DNA from: Tubiluchus corallicola
Taxonomy: Eukaryota; Animalia; Priapulida
Reading direction: 5' to 3'
Assembly: GCA_030141605.1 (NCBI GenBank)
Contig: JAQGDQ010000361.1
Coordinates: 62,001 to 126,000, forward strand
Length of the DNA: 64,000 nt
Shown in pieces: positions 50,516 through 62,779 of the stretch. How positions within the stretch are numbered: the first letter of the stretch is position 1; each line of letters opens with the position of its first letter. The notes beneath the pieces were generated by a model. The model saw only the letters and a program-made list of their open reading frames with translations, had not been told where the DNA came from and did not search any database. The translations under genes were made by a program, and so were the position numbers.

Positions 50516-52510
50516 ATGCTTGCAAGAGGTGCAATTGCTAGTGGTGCTCATATTGCTGGTATTGGCTTTAGAAAGAAAAGAAAGAAACCAAAGGTTCCCA
50601 AAGGACGGATATCGTTCTCCTGGATCGTTTGCATTGTGTTGCTTAGTGGTTTGATTATTATGTGTGCAGGTGGTGCAATGGCTGTGTTCGCATGGTTTTC
50701 TGATGAATTTGCTTCCAAGAAGGTGTCCAATGGCACTGAGACTGTGATCGTTGTGGACAAGACCATGTCCAAGCATCTTAGCAATATGTCATATGTTGGT
50801 CCCTTGTTCATGGGATTTGGCTGTTTTGTGATGATGACCGCATACGTAACAACGTTTGAAGCTCGTGACAGAGCTGCCCTCATTCCAGGAGAACGTGGAC
50901 AGAAAAGAACTCAACGTTCTCTGTATAGCGTGCTAGTTTACAAGGACCCTGCACAGGTGAAACTGGCAGAGAGATGGAATATGATTAATACAAAAGTGGC
51001 AAAATCTCTTTTGGAGATTCCAGTTTTAGAGGTGAACTTAAAAGATGCTTCTACGAGACCTCCACTAACGCCAGTGAAATCTGCACCACACTTGAAACAA
51101 TCTTCAGTGGAGCAGAAGTTTGCTTCTGATACGTGTCTGAACCGCATAAAGTTACGACGGCAAAGTTATCGTGCCTGCAAAACAGAGGAAAGTTCTACGG
51201 ATTCACACATGTATCCACTAGTGCACCATCACCATCATTTACCACCGTTTTCGTCGCGGACTCGGTCACTAGATCATAGCTGTATGTCCTGTGGTGCAAA
51301 TCCTTTACATAAAACCTACGATTCTAGCAGTTCCTTTGCTGCAAGTGTTGATCTTTCAAATGTTATTGTAGATGTGCATCATCAACCCGATGAATTTTCT
51401 AGAAGTTTGCAGAGACTTCCTGTGTACAGCGAAGGTTCTCGGGCATCTCTCTCATTGTCAGACAGACCTCGCACGCCAGTACCTTGCTCAGAACGCCCAA
51501 GAACACCAGTGCCGTTTACAATTCACGAGAATGAGGAGGTGCCACAACATCAATTCAGCTTAGATGTTTTACCGTCTCAAGAAAAACAGATGTTTTTCAA
51601 CGATGGAACCACATCGAAATCATCTCACGTTCAAACTTCACAGAATCGTCGCAAGAGGCCACCACTTGTTCGCCAAAAGCAAGTGATCGATTCAGAAGAC
51701 GCTTCTGAAGTGGGACAACCCGCTAGTTCCGCTGTCTCTGATGGAATGCCTCTAATACATATCTCTTCCATTGACTCAAATAACGCAGAACAGGCAGATC
51801 AGAGTTCAAATCAAAACAATAACTACGATTTGGCTGTTCCCAGGAAATCATTTGATGCTTGCTCAATAGAAATAAAAATAGAAGGTGCTCCTGACAGCCC
51901 ATCGGACAGTCCCATGCGTCCGAGTAAGTCGGCATCTACGCTGACCGCCTCAAATGTGTCTCTTGATGGCCGACGGACAGAACGCTCAAATACCTTTGCA
52001 TCATCAGAAGCAAGAAAGGGATACGATAGTCCAGTGGTACGCAGACATGGCAGCCCTGCAGTGCAGAAACAGAACAGTTTGTCTGTCCCAGGCGTCGAAG
52101 AAAGAGTTGTGTGTCACTATGACGGGGACCGGAATATATCCTCCGATCCGACTTTGCCCAGTAACCAAATTGACAGATTGAAAATGCGATTGAAAAAGCA
52201 AAGCCTCTCTTTACCCCTGGGTGACAGTTTGGTGACAGGCAAGCAGGGCTTGGCGCCGCAGATAAGTCCCATCAGAAAGCACAATGTGAGCCATAGATGC
52301 GAGTACCATGACAGGGATATACATCGACAGCCCCCGTCGCCACGCCTTGTCAAGTTTGCAAATGAATCTTCACCCCTAGTTAGTGATTTTGAGAACTTGC
52401 AGATTCCACAACGTGAGGCTAAGCATCGCGTTTCTTTCGAGGGTATTCCAGAAGAGATGAGGGTGTCACGTCAGTCAAATAATCTTATAGTAAAGACACC
52501 TGGACCCTAA
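50516..52510 (+). CDS. TMEM200: TMEM200-family (DUF2371) two-TM protein with long disordered C-terminus, uninterrupted CDS, 664 aa
   Basis: N-terminal MLARGAIASG, basic stretch with KGRI, TM1 ending GGAMAVFAWF and TM2 YVGPLFMGFGCFVMMTAYVTTFEARD parallel the TMEM200 pattern as I recall it; 2-kb non-repetitive ORF with raised GC. Confidence 0.88.
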   Translation: MLARGAIASGAHIAGIGFRKKRKKPKVPKGRISFSWIVCIVLLSGLIIMCAGGAMAVFAWFSDEFASKKVSNGTETVIVVDKTMSKHLSNMSYVGPLFMGFGCFVMMTAYVTTFEARDRAALIPGERGQKRTQRSLYSVLVYKDPAQVKLAERWNMINTKVAKSLLEIPVLEVNLKDASTRPPLTPVKSAPHLKQSSVEQKFASDTCLNRIKLRRQSYRACKTEESSTDSHMYPLVHHHHHLPPFSSRTRSLDHSCMSCGANPLHKTYDSSSSFAASVDLSNVIVDVHHQPDEFSRSLQRLPVYSEGSRASLSLSDRPRTPVPCSERPRTPVPFTIHENEEVPQHQFSLDVLPSQEKQMFFNDGTTSKSSHVQTSQNRRKRPPLVRQKQVIDSEDASEVGQPASSAVSDGMPLIHISSIDSNNAEQADQSSNQNNNYDLAVPRKSFDACSIEIKIEGAPDSPSDSPMRPSKSASTLTASNVSLDGRRTERSNTFASSEARKGYDSPVVRRHGSPAVQKQNSLSVPGVEERVVCHYDGDRNISSDPTLPSNQIDRLKMRLKKQSLSLPLGDSLVTGKQGLAPQISPIRKHNVSHRCEYHDRDIHRQPPSPRLVKFANESSPLVSDFENLQIPQREAKHRVSFEGIPEEMRVSRQSNNLIVKTPGP

Positions 52511-52559
52511 GTGCCCACATAGAATAGATTTTTATTGTAATGCTGTACATTACTGTACG

Positions 52560-52925
52560 AAGGGCCAAATTCTCCTGTTAGGATGTAGCCTAGGGTCCTC
52601 AAGCTTGGAACCCCTCAAGCTTTGGCAGCATTTAGTAAAAATCTGTTTTTTCACTACATTTGTGTTGACATACATGCTAAGTTTTTTTGCAATAAATAAC
52701 AAAATAGTGGTATTTCTTAAAGAACATTTTTGTTAAGAAATAAAAAATAGCTTAGTTTATTTAAAGAATTTGCAATAAGTTTATATATATATATGGCAGT
52801 CGCTAAAATATATCACGGGTAAAAAATATTCATGACGACGTGGGTGAGTTAGAGGGTGGTTCCATTTGAGAGGGCCCATAATTTCATTATACTAGGGGCC
52901 TCAAAAAGGTCATAATTCGCCCCTG
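52560..52925 (-). mobile_element. hAT MITE just downstream of the TMEM200 stop codon
   Basis: TSD ACTGTACG / TCTGTACG; right end CTAGGGGCCTCAAAAAGGTCATAATTCGCCCCTG mirrors the left end of 16930-17310. Confidence 0.75.
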
Positions 52926-53178
52926 TCTGTACGGAATATTGGGCAATTTAAAGTTTCTCCTGAGCACATAAACAAATCATATGGTCTAGACTTGTACGAA
53001 ACATAAAATTGTTTTTTGTGTTAAGCTTTGCAGCTTTTAATTTTATTATATGCCTAGTTGATGATTCGAGCCGACACTTGAGCTTTTCATTTTTCATAAA
53101 CTTATTTTATCATTAGCATTAAATTAACCGAAGCCTAGTTATAAGCTGGTTCTTTACTAGGCCATGCAAAATGAATTC

Positions 53179-53360
53179 AGGTTATAATGTCATAGGTAAA
53201 AAAGTCACAGGAAAAAAGAAATAACCCTAACCCTAGCCTTAGTTCTTAATGTAACTATAGCCACAATCCTAACCCCTAACCCTAACTATATTTCTAGCCC
53301 TGACACCAAGATATCGACCAAAACGTGACTTTTTTCGCATACATACACACACACACACAC

Positions 53361-53418
<58 letters not shown>

Positions 53419-53675
53419 GCATATGCACATATGCATATATAGTGGTGTCAATGTGTGCAAGTCATGTATTGCCAGTTAATAATAGATTTAAAACGTTTTC
53501 TGTTTTATTACGTTATGGTACTTAAAAATAAATTCTGATTGACTTGAATACTTTTGTTTGATTACCTAATGTTCTTTCCAAAATTGTGACTTTTTCGGCC
53601 ATTATAAATTTATCGTGACTTTTCTCGTGTGACTTTTTTCTGTGAGATTTTTCCTGTGGTTCTATTACCGGTCAC
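53179..53675. mobile_element. Unclassified TIR element with AAAAAAGTCAC subterminal repeats and TAACCC tract
   Basis: AAAAAAGTCACAGG on the left, repeated GTGACTTTTT on the right, internal TAACCCTAACCC and (CA)n. Confidence 0.55.
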
Positions 53676-54311
53676 TTGCAAAATTTATCCGTTGTAGAGT
53701 CTGTTTCATCACACAAGTCTGTTTCGCAATAGCTTCTCTATACTGCAATCCCTATTAGAGGCATAATGTTCATTGACTGCATATATGATTACATATATTG
53801 ATCATGATTTTTAATAACACTATTGCACTTTGTCTTGGCATATCCTACTTAGTTTCTGGAACGAGTATTTACTTATGTATCAATCCGCAAGCGTATTACA
53901 TTGTCTTGTTTTTGCCCCATCACATCAATGCCCTCTCTAGTGATAACTATGCACCAATACCCTTTTTACCATTTATTGTTATGATGTTTTATTTCTGATT
54001 AAGCAGAAACTGTTGATTGTTAACGTTATTATTATTATGCAAGAATAAACTAGCTGTTTTGGTGAAAGAATAAGCAGAGAGTTGTATTTGCATATTAAAT
54101 TAACTGTAGCCAAATTAATTTGAAGAGTGGGAAAGCTTGCGATTACATTTAAAAGAAAACAGGACTTTTTTGAGGTACAGTATTTTCCAGACCCTCAAAT
54201 GAGTTTAATTTTCCAACGACAGAATTGCTGTGTTGACAGTGAAACTGGAAAGTCTGGCCTACTTCAAATTTATAAGTTTAAAATTTAACTTTTTTATTCG
54301 TGGCTGACGAA

Positions 54312-54876
54312 AGATTTCCCAAGACTATTCTGACGTCATAACATAATTTTCCTATTCTGACGTTATAACATGATTTTCCAAGACTATTCCGATGTCATAA
54401 CATGATTTTCCAAGACCATTCCGACGTCATAACGTGATTTTCCAAGACTATTCTGACGTCATAACATGATTTTCCAAGACTATTCTGACGTCATAACATG
54501 ATTTCCCAAGACTATTCTGACAACATAATGCAATTTTCCAAGACTATTCTGATGTAATTACATGATTTTCCGAGACTACTCTGACGTCATAACATGATTT
54601 TCCAAGACTACTCTGACGTCATAATATGATTTTCCAAGACTATTCCGACGTCATAACATGATTTTCCAAGACTATTCCGACGTCATAACATGATTTTCCA
54701 AGACTATTCTGACGACATAACATGATTTTCCTAGACTACGCTGACTTTATAACATGATTTCACATAACTATTCTGACGTGGATAACATGATTTCCAAGAC
54801 CGTTCTGACGTCATAACATGATTTCCCTTAACTATTCTGACGTCATAACATGATTTCCCTTAACTATTCTGACGTG
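54312..54876. repeat. 32-bp minisatellite, consensus CCAAGACTATTCTGACGTCATAACATGATTTT, about 17 units
   Basis: Period of 32 read directly; each unit carries TGACGTCA or a variant. Confidence 0.95.
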
Positions 54877-55313
54877 TAGTGACACGGACACCGTCTATAT
54901 TATCTGCAATGCGTATCCGAAAATAGCAACCACTGTGCCCATCTGAACAGGAACGTCGGTAAGCAGAAATCAGGCTTCTGAAGTGATTCTTTAATATAAA
55001 TCAGTCTTAAAGTATTTGTCTTAGCATAATAGACCTCAGGCCATTTTGGGCTATGGTTTGAACTTGCACTGTTTTTGATTATGGCCTTTATGTGTTGCAA
55101 TTTAAATGTACTTTTTAGTTTTTTTGCTTGCGGACGATCACACACTAATGCGGAATGTTACTTATAAACGTTTTTCTTTTCCTTCAGTAGTAGGAGTAGC
55201 TTATACATGTATTATGCTAAATATTAAAAGGAAAGTAGAAACTATTATAGTAGGAATTAAAAGGAAATTAGAAGCTAATTAATCTAGAACAAAAAAGGTC
55301 GAAACTGGTACAT

Positions 55314-55318
<5 letters not shown>

Positions 55319-55376
<58 letters not shown>
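55319..55376. repeat. (GA)n microsatellite
   Basis: Direct reading. Confidence 0.97.
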
Positions 55377-55379
<3 letters not shown>

Positions 55380-55793
55380 TTGTAAAGTTTCTGAACCCAT
55401 TTAGTTGTTACGTTACATGATAGGCCCTACATTATTTGCAGCGTCACCTAAATGATCAGCGTCACACTAAATGCGCCACCTAAATGATCATTCGAAATCC
55501 AAATATAGAATCGGACTTTAAACAGTGCAGCTCATTTTCGCACACAGCGGATTTCCGGTTTAATAATTCATGAATAATAACAAGTTGGCGAGATCATTCA
55601 ATATTTCATGCGGTTATGGAGCTCAGTTGTAAAGGAAACCTTTATAACGTCTGTGAATTGTTTAACGTCTCTTCAATGTCATGTCCTTGTCAACGACCTA
55701 GAATCTTAGATTTGCGTATTTGTTAGCTCTTGGTAAGCGACTAGACAATATGACAGTCTGGATCCAAACAGATTGCTTGAAAATTTGATTTTC

Positions 55794-55880
55794 AAGAAGA
55801 AGAAGAAGAAGAAGAAGAAGAAGAAGATGAAGATGAAGATGAAGAAGAAGATAAAGAAAAAGAAGAAGAAGGAAAAAGAT
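55794..55880. repeat. (GAA)n repeat
   Basis: Direct reading. Confidence 0.93.
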
Positions 55881-55929
55881 AAGGATATAAGCAGTTTAGA
55901 CAGTCTGGAGAAATGTTCCAGACCCTATC

Positions 55930-56236
<307 letters not shown>

Positions 56237-56267
56237 CACTGTCGTCATCATCATCCTCCTCCTCATC

Positions 56268-56478
56268 ATCATTATTATATTATGTGCGTGACATAGGGAA
56301 AATCAACATCCAACATTGACTTCATATTTGCCTTCATTTAATATGTAAAATTAAATTGTGTACAAACAAAATTTTACAGCCTCTGCAAATTAATTAAAGA
56401 CACTATCACACTGACGAAATTTTCCCATTTTATAATAAAACCGTCATTCTTTATACAGACTCTAAATTAATTTTAAAC
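56268..56478 (-). repeat. Interspersed repeat F, inverted copy
   Basis: Reverse complement of 42705-42922. Confidence 0.9.
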
Positions 56479-56739
56479 AGAGTCTAATTAACTCTAATTA
56501 AATTAACTCTAATTAACTAAGTGTAATTATGAATAAATAACTATGCATACATCTTTGCCATCATCATATTTTTAACGACAGAATTATGCCACAAAAAGTA
56601 ATGCATGTCGTCTACAACAAGGAACCTGTTTTTCGGAGTTATCTAGGTCAACAGGTAAAAGGCTATCTGGTAAGTTTGTTTCATAGGTAGAAACATGTAA
56701 AGAGTGTCATGTATTGAGCGTCCCGAACAATGGCATCTA

Positions 56740-56872
56740 TTTTACCACAAGGTTTAGAAAGATAACCAGCAAGTTCTGTTCGAGTGTTAAATATCTCGAT
56801 AAGCCCTGAGGTGAGCGAGATTCGAACCCAAAACCTCTGGATCCACAGCCAAGTGTGTAACTACTCGGCCGG
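56740..56872 (-). mobile_element. Decayed tRNA-derived SINE
   Basis: Minus-strand GGCCGAGTAGTTA (A-box-like) and GGGTTCGAATCTC (B box). Confidence 0.5.
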
Positions 56873-57511
56873 TAGTTTCCTCTTTCTGTCATTCTGTAGA
56901 AGCCAGGACCAGATAAACGCATCAGATAAAATGAAAGAAAATGTTATTTTTCTTCTTCTGCTTCTCAAAATGATACCCATGTGACGTAGGCATCTCTGTT
57001 CCTACAGGCTCTTTATGTATAACAGAAGGCTACAACAGTGACAAATTTACTTATATATTAAAGGTAGTCATATCTATAATGTAATACATATGTGTAAGAG
57101 ATAAATAAACATGTTTATGTCTATGTCTATGCCACGTGTACGTTTTATCAAAATGTAAGCGCAGTATAAGTGTAGTTTATTACTTCAATAAAACTCAAGA
57201 GGCACTAGATTACACTACAGAGCAAGATCAACGCAGAACTAATTAAGATAAAAGCAATATTGGTAAATATTAGCAAAATAACGGCATTTTATTCATTACG
57301 TTAGTTAACACTTGGAAGCTATGCGTTAAAAATATGAATTTCTCTAACGAACAAGCAAAATTGCCCACTTTTTTAAGTGTTCGTATACTTTTTGGCAATG
57401 TGCTAAACGTACAAACTTTATGTCATTTTGTACGAGTAGATCTGATTAAGTTGTACAAATCCCACTATAGTATTTGTTTTCTACTGTAATTGCTAGCTGT
57501 GTAAGGTAGTC

Positions 57512-57839
57512 TAACGCTGTATCAAATATGTAAATTTAAACTTAGATAACATTGTGTAAACTTTGAAAATATAATCAGAGCATTCATAGCACACGTGTTA
57601 ATAACTCAGTAAAAATTTAAATTACTGTATCTTGTCAATAGGATTAAAAATACGCTTTTGGTTAGTGAGTGGGTGCACCCTGTACGGTGAGCCAGCGATA
57701 TTTTACCAATTGGCACAAACATTTTAAGTTACTATTTTAGTTAAATAAGCCTTTCCAGCATTTAAGCGAAATGCTAAGTAATATAGATTTGCATGGAAAG
57801 TTTCTTGGAACATAATATAATATTTCCTTTTCTTCCCCT
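57512..57839 (-). mobile_element. Kolobok-like MITE family B fragment
   Basis: Matches 340-731; ends TTTCTTCCCCT followed by GAT, as in the long forms. Confidence 0.75.
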
Positions 57840-58129
57840 GATAGCTTTTAAGTGTTAATACACCAAAATGATCCATTACTAGAGAACATAAGGCGAATGC
57901 ACATGTAACTCGAATCAGCGACGCTGGTTACAATTTTCGTACGGCAGGTTCTTTTATTTGGTAACTTCTCTTTAGCTATGGAAAATCAGATCAAACAAAT
58001 GGAACATGTCTGCTTAGGTAATATGATGTTAAGGTGGACCAGATAGAATTTACGCTCTTATAAACACTTGCCTTATAAATTATTTGACTTTAAACTGCTT
58101 CGAACATCTTCGTTTCATTTTTGTCGAAT

Positions 58130-59410
58130 AAAAGAGCGGCTTAAAATAAAATAAAGAAGAAAAAACTTTTGGTTAGTTTCTTCGAACACAGTTGAAAGGA
58201 AACAATCCAGCTCAAGGGGTAAAGTGGTCATTGTCATTGTCAACTTCCAAACTTCAGAAGACAGAGACAAAGTTCTGAAGAAAAAACCAAAATTAAAAGA
58301 CTCTACTACCTTTAATAAAGTATACATTAATCCAAATTGGTCAAAACAGGAGAGAACTGCCTACGCCAATATGAAAACGATTATAAACACAATAGGCAAG
58401 GACCAGTTGGTGCTAGAGGGAAATCGGCTGATTAGGAGACCCAGCAACGCAAGTAGTAGCAACAGGAAACGTCTAGCTTCCAAAAACAGAACTCAACAAG
58501 GTGGAAACGCTGTGCGTAGAAAAGACAATGATCAACGCCTGGGAAATTTGTAGCAGAAGAGTCTCAATTAAACTGTGTTTTGTTCAACGCCAGATCGCTG
58601 AAAAATAAAGTTGCAGACTTGGAAGCCTTTCTACAAACTGAGTCACCGGACATTGTTTTAATAACGGAAACATGGGTAGACGATAGCGTCCCTTCTGCAC
58701 TGCTTGGTTTGAATGGCAGTTACAGGGTGTTCCGGCGTGATCCAACCGGTTGGTGGAGTCGCTATCGTAGTGAAATGATCGCTAAAATCTGTCGAAGTTT
58801 TCTTACCCCACTTGTTATAATGACTGCGAACTTGTAGACGTTCTTGTCAACGCACCCTCCAGAGTAATTTGTTCGTACATTCCGCCTAATGATGATACTA
58901 ATTAATTTGAGAATTTTAGTAATTGTATTGCTGTGTTATGTAAAGTTCAAACGCCTTGTGTTTTAGCTGATGATTTTAACTGTCCACTTTTTAACATAAG
59001 GGATTTTGCCTATCCTGATACAACTTTCTACACAACATTCGCTAATTGCATTCAAGAGTCTGGTTTTAGCCAATTAGTCACTGAACCAACCCGAGTTAAT
59101 GGTATTTTAGAACTTGTATTTACAAACGATGTGTATCTCGGTTAACGGTTAACGCGCCCTTTTCAACATCCGATCATTGCTCTGTTACTCTTAAACTCTG
59201 ATCGCCCAACCAACACATTAATTACGAACGTTACAGAGTTCATGATTTCTGCAAAGCAAAACTTGCAGATTTCTCAAATTATTTGTCAAATATTGACTGG
59301 TGTAGTCAATTTTCGATTCACATGTTTGTAAATAGTTTGTGGTGCAAATTTGTGAGAATTTTACACTTTGATATTGAAAATTATATGTGGTTACACAAAA
59401 GTGTCGTTAT
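58130..59410 (+). mobile_element. Decayed CR1-group LINE: ORF1 C-terminus and ORF2 APE endonuclease, RT missing
   Basis: ORF1-like VIVNFQTSEDRDKVLKKKPKLKDS...KVYINPNWSKQER; APE motifs LFNARSLKNK, DIVLITETW, FRRD, VLADDFN, QLVTEPTR..ILELVFTN, SDH; frameshifts and stops. Confidence 0.9.
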
Positions 59411-60019
59411 AGAAATTAGCAATCACAGTCGCAATATTGGTATAGAAAAACGATTTCTTTTTTACACGTCAGAGGGCGCTCTTAAACTGTAGGTTGTCTC
59501 TGAAATCATGGATGACTCTCGAAAGACAAACTGTAAGTGGGAAGCTTTTTAGACCTATAAAATTAAGCCGAATGTTTGTGGCCTATATTCAAAATAGCAG
59601 CAACTTTTGTTTTGAATTTAATTTTAATGCAAAACTTGTGATGCTGTCAGATAAAATCAGTTCACAAGTTGGTCTGATTTAACATACAAAAGCGCCGCGC
59701 ACATTTCTCTGTTTAGAAATGCAGCACGCGTGTTATTATGAAAGTTCAATTAACGCTGTTAGGGTGAGTGACCCCTTTTTACAAGTGTTTGGAATATAGA
59801 TGCAATTTATACTAAATGCGTTTAAATTTATCCACATAATTCTCTATTCCTTTCTCATTTTCTTTCTCTTTTTCTCTTTCTTCTTGTTCTTGCACTGTCT
59901 GTCTGTGTGCCCGCCTATCTTTCTAACGATCTGTCTGCTTATCCGTCTATTTCTCCCTATTCGCTCACTCTCTCTCTCTCTCCCTCAGTCGCACTTGCTT
60001 TGTTTTTCTCCTTTTTTGC

Positions 60020-60270
60020 ACGACATCACTCACTCACTTATTCACTCACTCACTCGCACACTCACTCACTCGCACACTCACTCACTCGCACACTCACTCA
60101 CTCACTCACTCACACCACTCACTCACTCACTCACCCTCTCACTCACTCACTCACTCACTCACTCACTCACTCACTCACTCACTCACTCACTCACACAACT
60201 CACTCACTCACTCACTCACTCACTCACACACTCACTCACTCGTTCACTCACTCACTCACTCACTCACTAA
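60020..60270. repeat. (CACT)n array
   Basis: Direct reading. Confidence 0.95.
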
Positions 60271-60329
60271 CCTGCCAAGTTTGCAGTCCATGAGATTAAT
60301 AATAATAATAATAATAAGAAGAAGAAAAC

Positions 60330-60450
60330 CAGACGCGTCTGCTTTCCGACTGGGAGGTCATGAGTTCGGTGCCACAGCTGATTAATACCAAAGTCTTTAA
60401 AAATAATACTTGCTGTTGCCCTGCCTGGTATTTAGTGTAAACGTGGTTAA
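60330..60450 (+). mobile_element. Meta-like tRNA-derived SINE fragment
   Basis: GAGGTCATGAGTTCG then ATACCAAAGTCTTTAAAAATAATACTTGCTGTTGCCCTGCCTGG. Confidence 0.6.
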
Positions 60451-60544
60451 TAAAAACCTCTGGAAATAATTACTTCTGTTATGTATTTTGGAATTGTCAT
60501 TTAAGCTTAGGTTAAAAAAATTCAAAAGTCTACTTTAATTAAAG

Positions 60545-60740
60545 ATTACTATTATTGTTGTTGCTGATGTTGTTATTGTTGTCGTTGTCGTTGTCGTTGT
60601 TGTCATTATCATCGTTGTCGTATTAGTAGTAGTAGTAGTCGTCATCGTCATCGTCGTCGTCGTCATCATCATCATCATCACCACCACCACCTCCGCCACC
60701 ACCATCATCATCATCATCATTAATATTATTGTTATTATCG
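60545..60740. repeat. Compound trinucleotide low-complexity tract
   Basis: TTG/TCG/ATC/ACC runs. Confidence 0.9.
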
Positions 60741-61019
60741 GTATCAGAATATCTTAATACTCTTTCTAGTAATTACTAAAGAAGTATAAATATAAATATA
60801 AAAAGCAAAAGACAGATAATGATAAAAGACAAGAACTACATAACACCAGTCACAAATCCTGTTATTGAACATTTCTGTGCATTTCTTGAAGCATCCCATG
60901 GCGCTTTAATGTTTCCTTGGGCTGGATTCTCACTGACCTACGAAATACAAGTCGAATTAGTTGGCAAAGTTACAAATAACAAAAGCTACTTGTAAACAGA
61001 AAAGCAGCTTTCACAACTG

Positions 61020-61196
61020 TAACAAGAACAAGAACAAAAATAATAACAAGAAGAAAAAGCAAGAACAGGCAGCTGCAGTAGCAGCAACAGCAACAGTAGC
61101 ACCACCACTACTACCACCACCAGCAGCAGCAGCAGCAGTAGATACAACAGTAACAAGAAAAAGAAGAAAAAAGAGAAGAAGAAGAAGAAGAAGAAG

Positions 61197-61226
<30 letters not shown>
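61020..61226. repeat. Compound trinucleotide tract ending in (AGA)n
   Basis: Direct reading. Confidence 0.9.
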
Positions 61227-61229
<3 letters not shown>

Positions 61230-62080
61230 ATTAAGAGTACTGCAGGTCAGGACTAACCCAAAGAGGCTTCAGGGTAAAACGTTTCGTCTAAAACCACTTA
61301 TAACAAGGAAGTAGCAATTACAATAATTACAGAATATTTTGTGGTGCTGCTCTTTAAAGTTTTTTATGTTGAGTAGTGTAATTGCCAGCAGTATTACTTT
61401 ATTTAGTATAATAGAATTTACATAAATGTTTAAGACACTATTACTCTATTACTTAATCAATGGCATTAGTGTTTTAGAAATTCACTTACAAGAAGACTAA
61501 AATAGTCGCAAAGTAAGATTGTAAAAAGAAAAGAAAAAAGAAACAGCCACTTTTAGTAATGCTATAGTAATAATAAAACAATAACTAATTATTTTGGAAG
61601 TAAAAGTCGCTCAGTTATTTGTGAATGGCGCCGGATTGGTTGGTTATCAGTCGGTGGATCAGTGCATTTTGCTCTGCTATGAATAGATGGCGCCACGACA
61701 CAAATAGTCTTCGAGCAAAATTGGCCTGAAAAACCAACATGACTATCTTTTGGCGTTGTTAATTATTAGTTTTAATAGTTATCAAACTTATCATCATTTG
61801 TAGTTCTTGCCTTTCTGGGATTTTGTCTGCTTGATTTTCGCGGAATTAATTTAACTCCTCGAGATTTTTGTATTTTTGCTATTTTCTCGTGGCAAACTCT
61901 TCGTCATGTCTGCTTCCGGCGGTTCCTTTAAGTCGTGTATCCGATGTTCGTCAAAAACCGACGTTGCGAGGACTCGACTTAAAGGAACTGCCGGAAGCGC
62001 ACAAGACGAAATATGTATTACGGTTTATCAGCAAAGAATTTACTGTAATTGCTTAACAAAAACAGCAGAATTTACTTTGT

Positions 62081-62202
<122 letters not shown>

Positions 62203-62779
62203 CTGTCTATTTCGTATCAAAGATACATCATAAATGCTATACAATAAAAATCACAATACAATCAAAATAATAACATTACATACTAAATAAATTGCAACCT
62301 ATAAAAGTTTGTTATTTCATAGAAGGTTTCTGGTGATCCTGATAAAATTCAATCAACAGTGTCTTATACGTTTTGTACGGGCGGATTGACTTGGCTTATT
62401 AATTTCATAGAGGACTCTAACAGTATACTAAATTCTATAATTCTAGAATCTTAACACAATTATGATTATTTTACTGAGTATACATTACATAAATCAAGTA
62501 TCGTATATTAACAGTGTTTATTTATTTAGATACTAGCGCTGTGTTTGTTTGGATACTACACAAAGAGGCGTTTGAAAAATCAGATTAAACTTAATTAATA
62601 CGTACAGATTTTCAAAAGCGCGTACGCAGTAGCATTGAATAAGATAACTAATGATGTTCAGCAGCAATGGAATTCAACACATGGCACCATGGCAACAATA
62701 ACAACATAATATTAATAAATAATAATATACTTTATACACACCACATAGGGTAATACATATAAGTCAGGTATTATTTTAT

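Noticed and set aside
54312-54876. CRISPR array with a palindromic 32-bp repeat
   Set aside because: Repeats are directly adjacent with no spacers, so this is a minisatellite.
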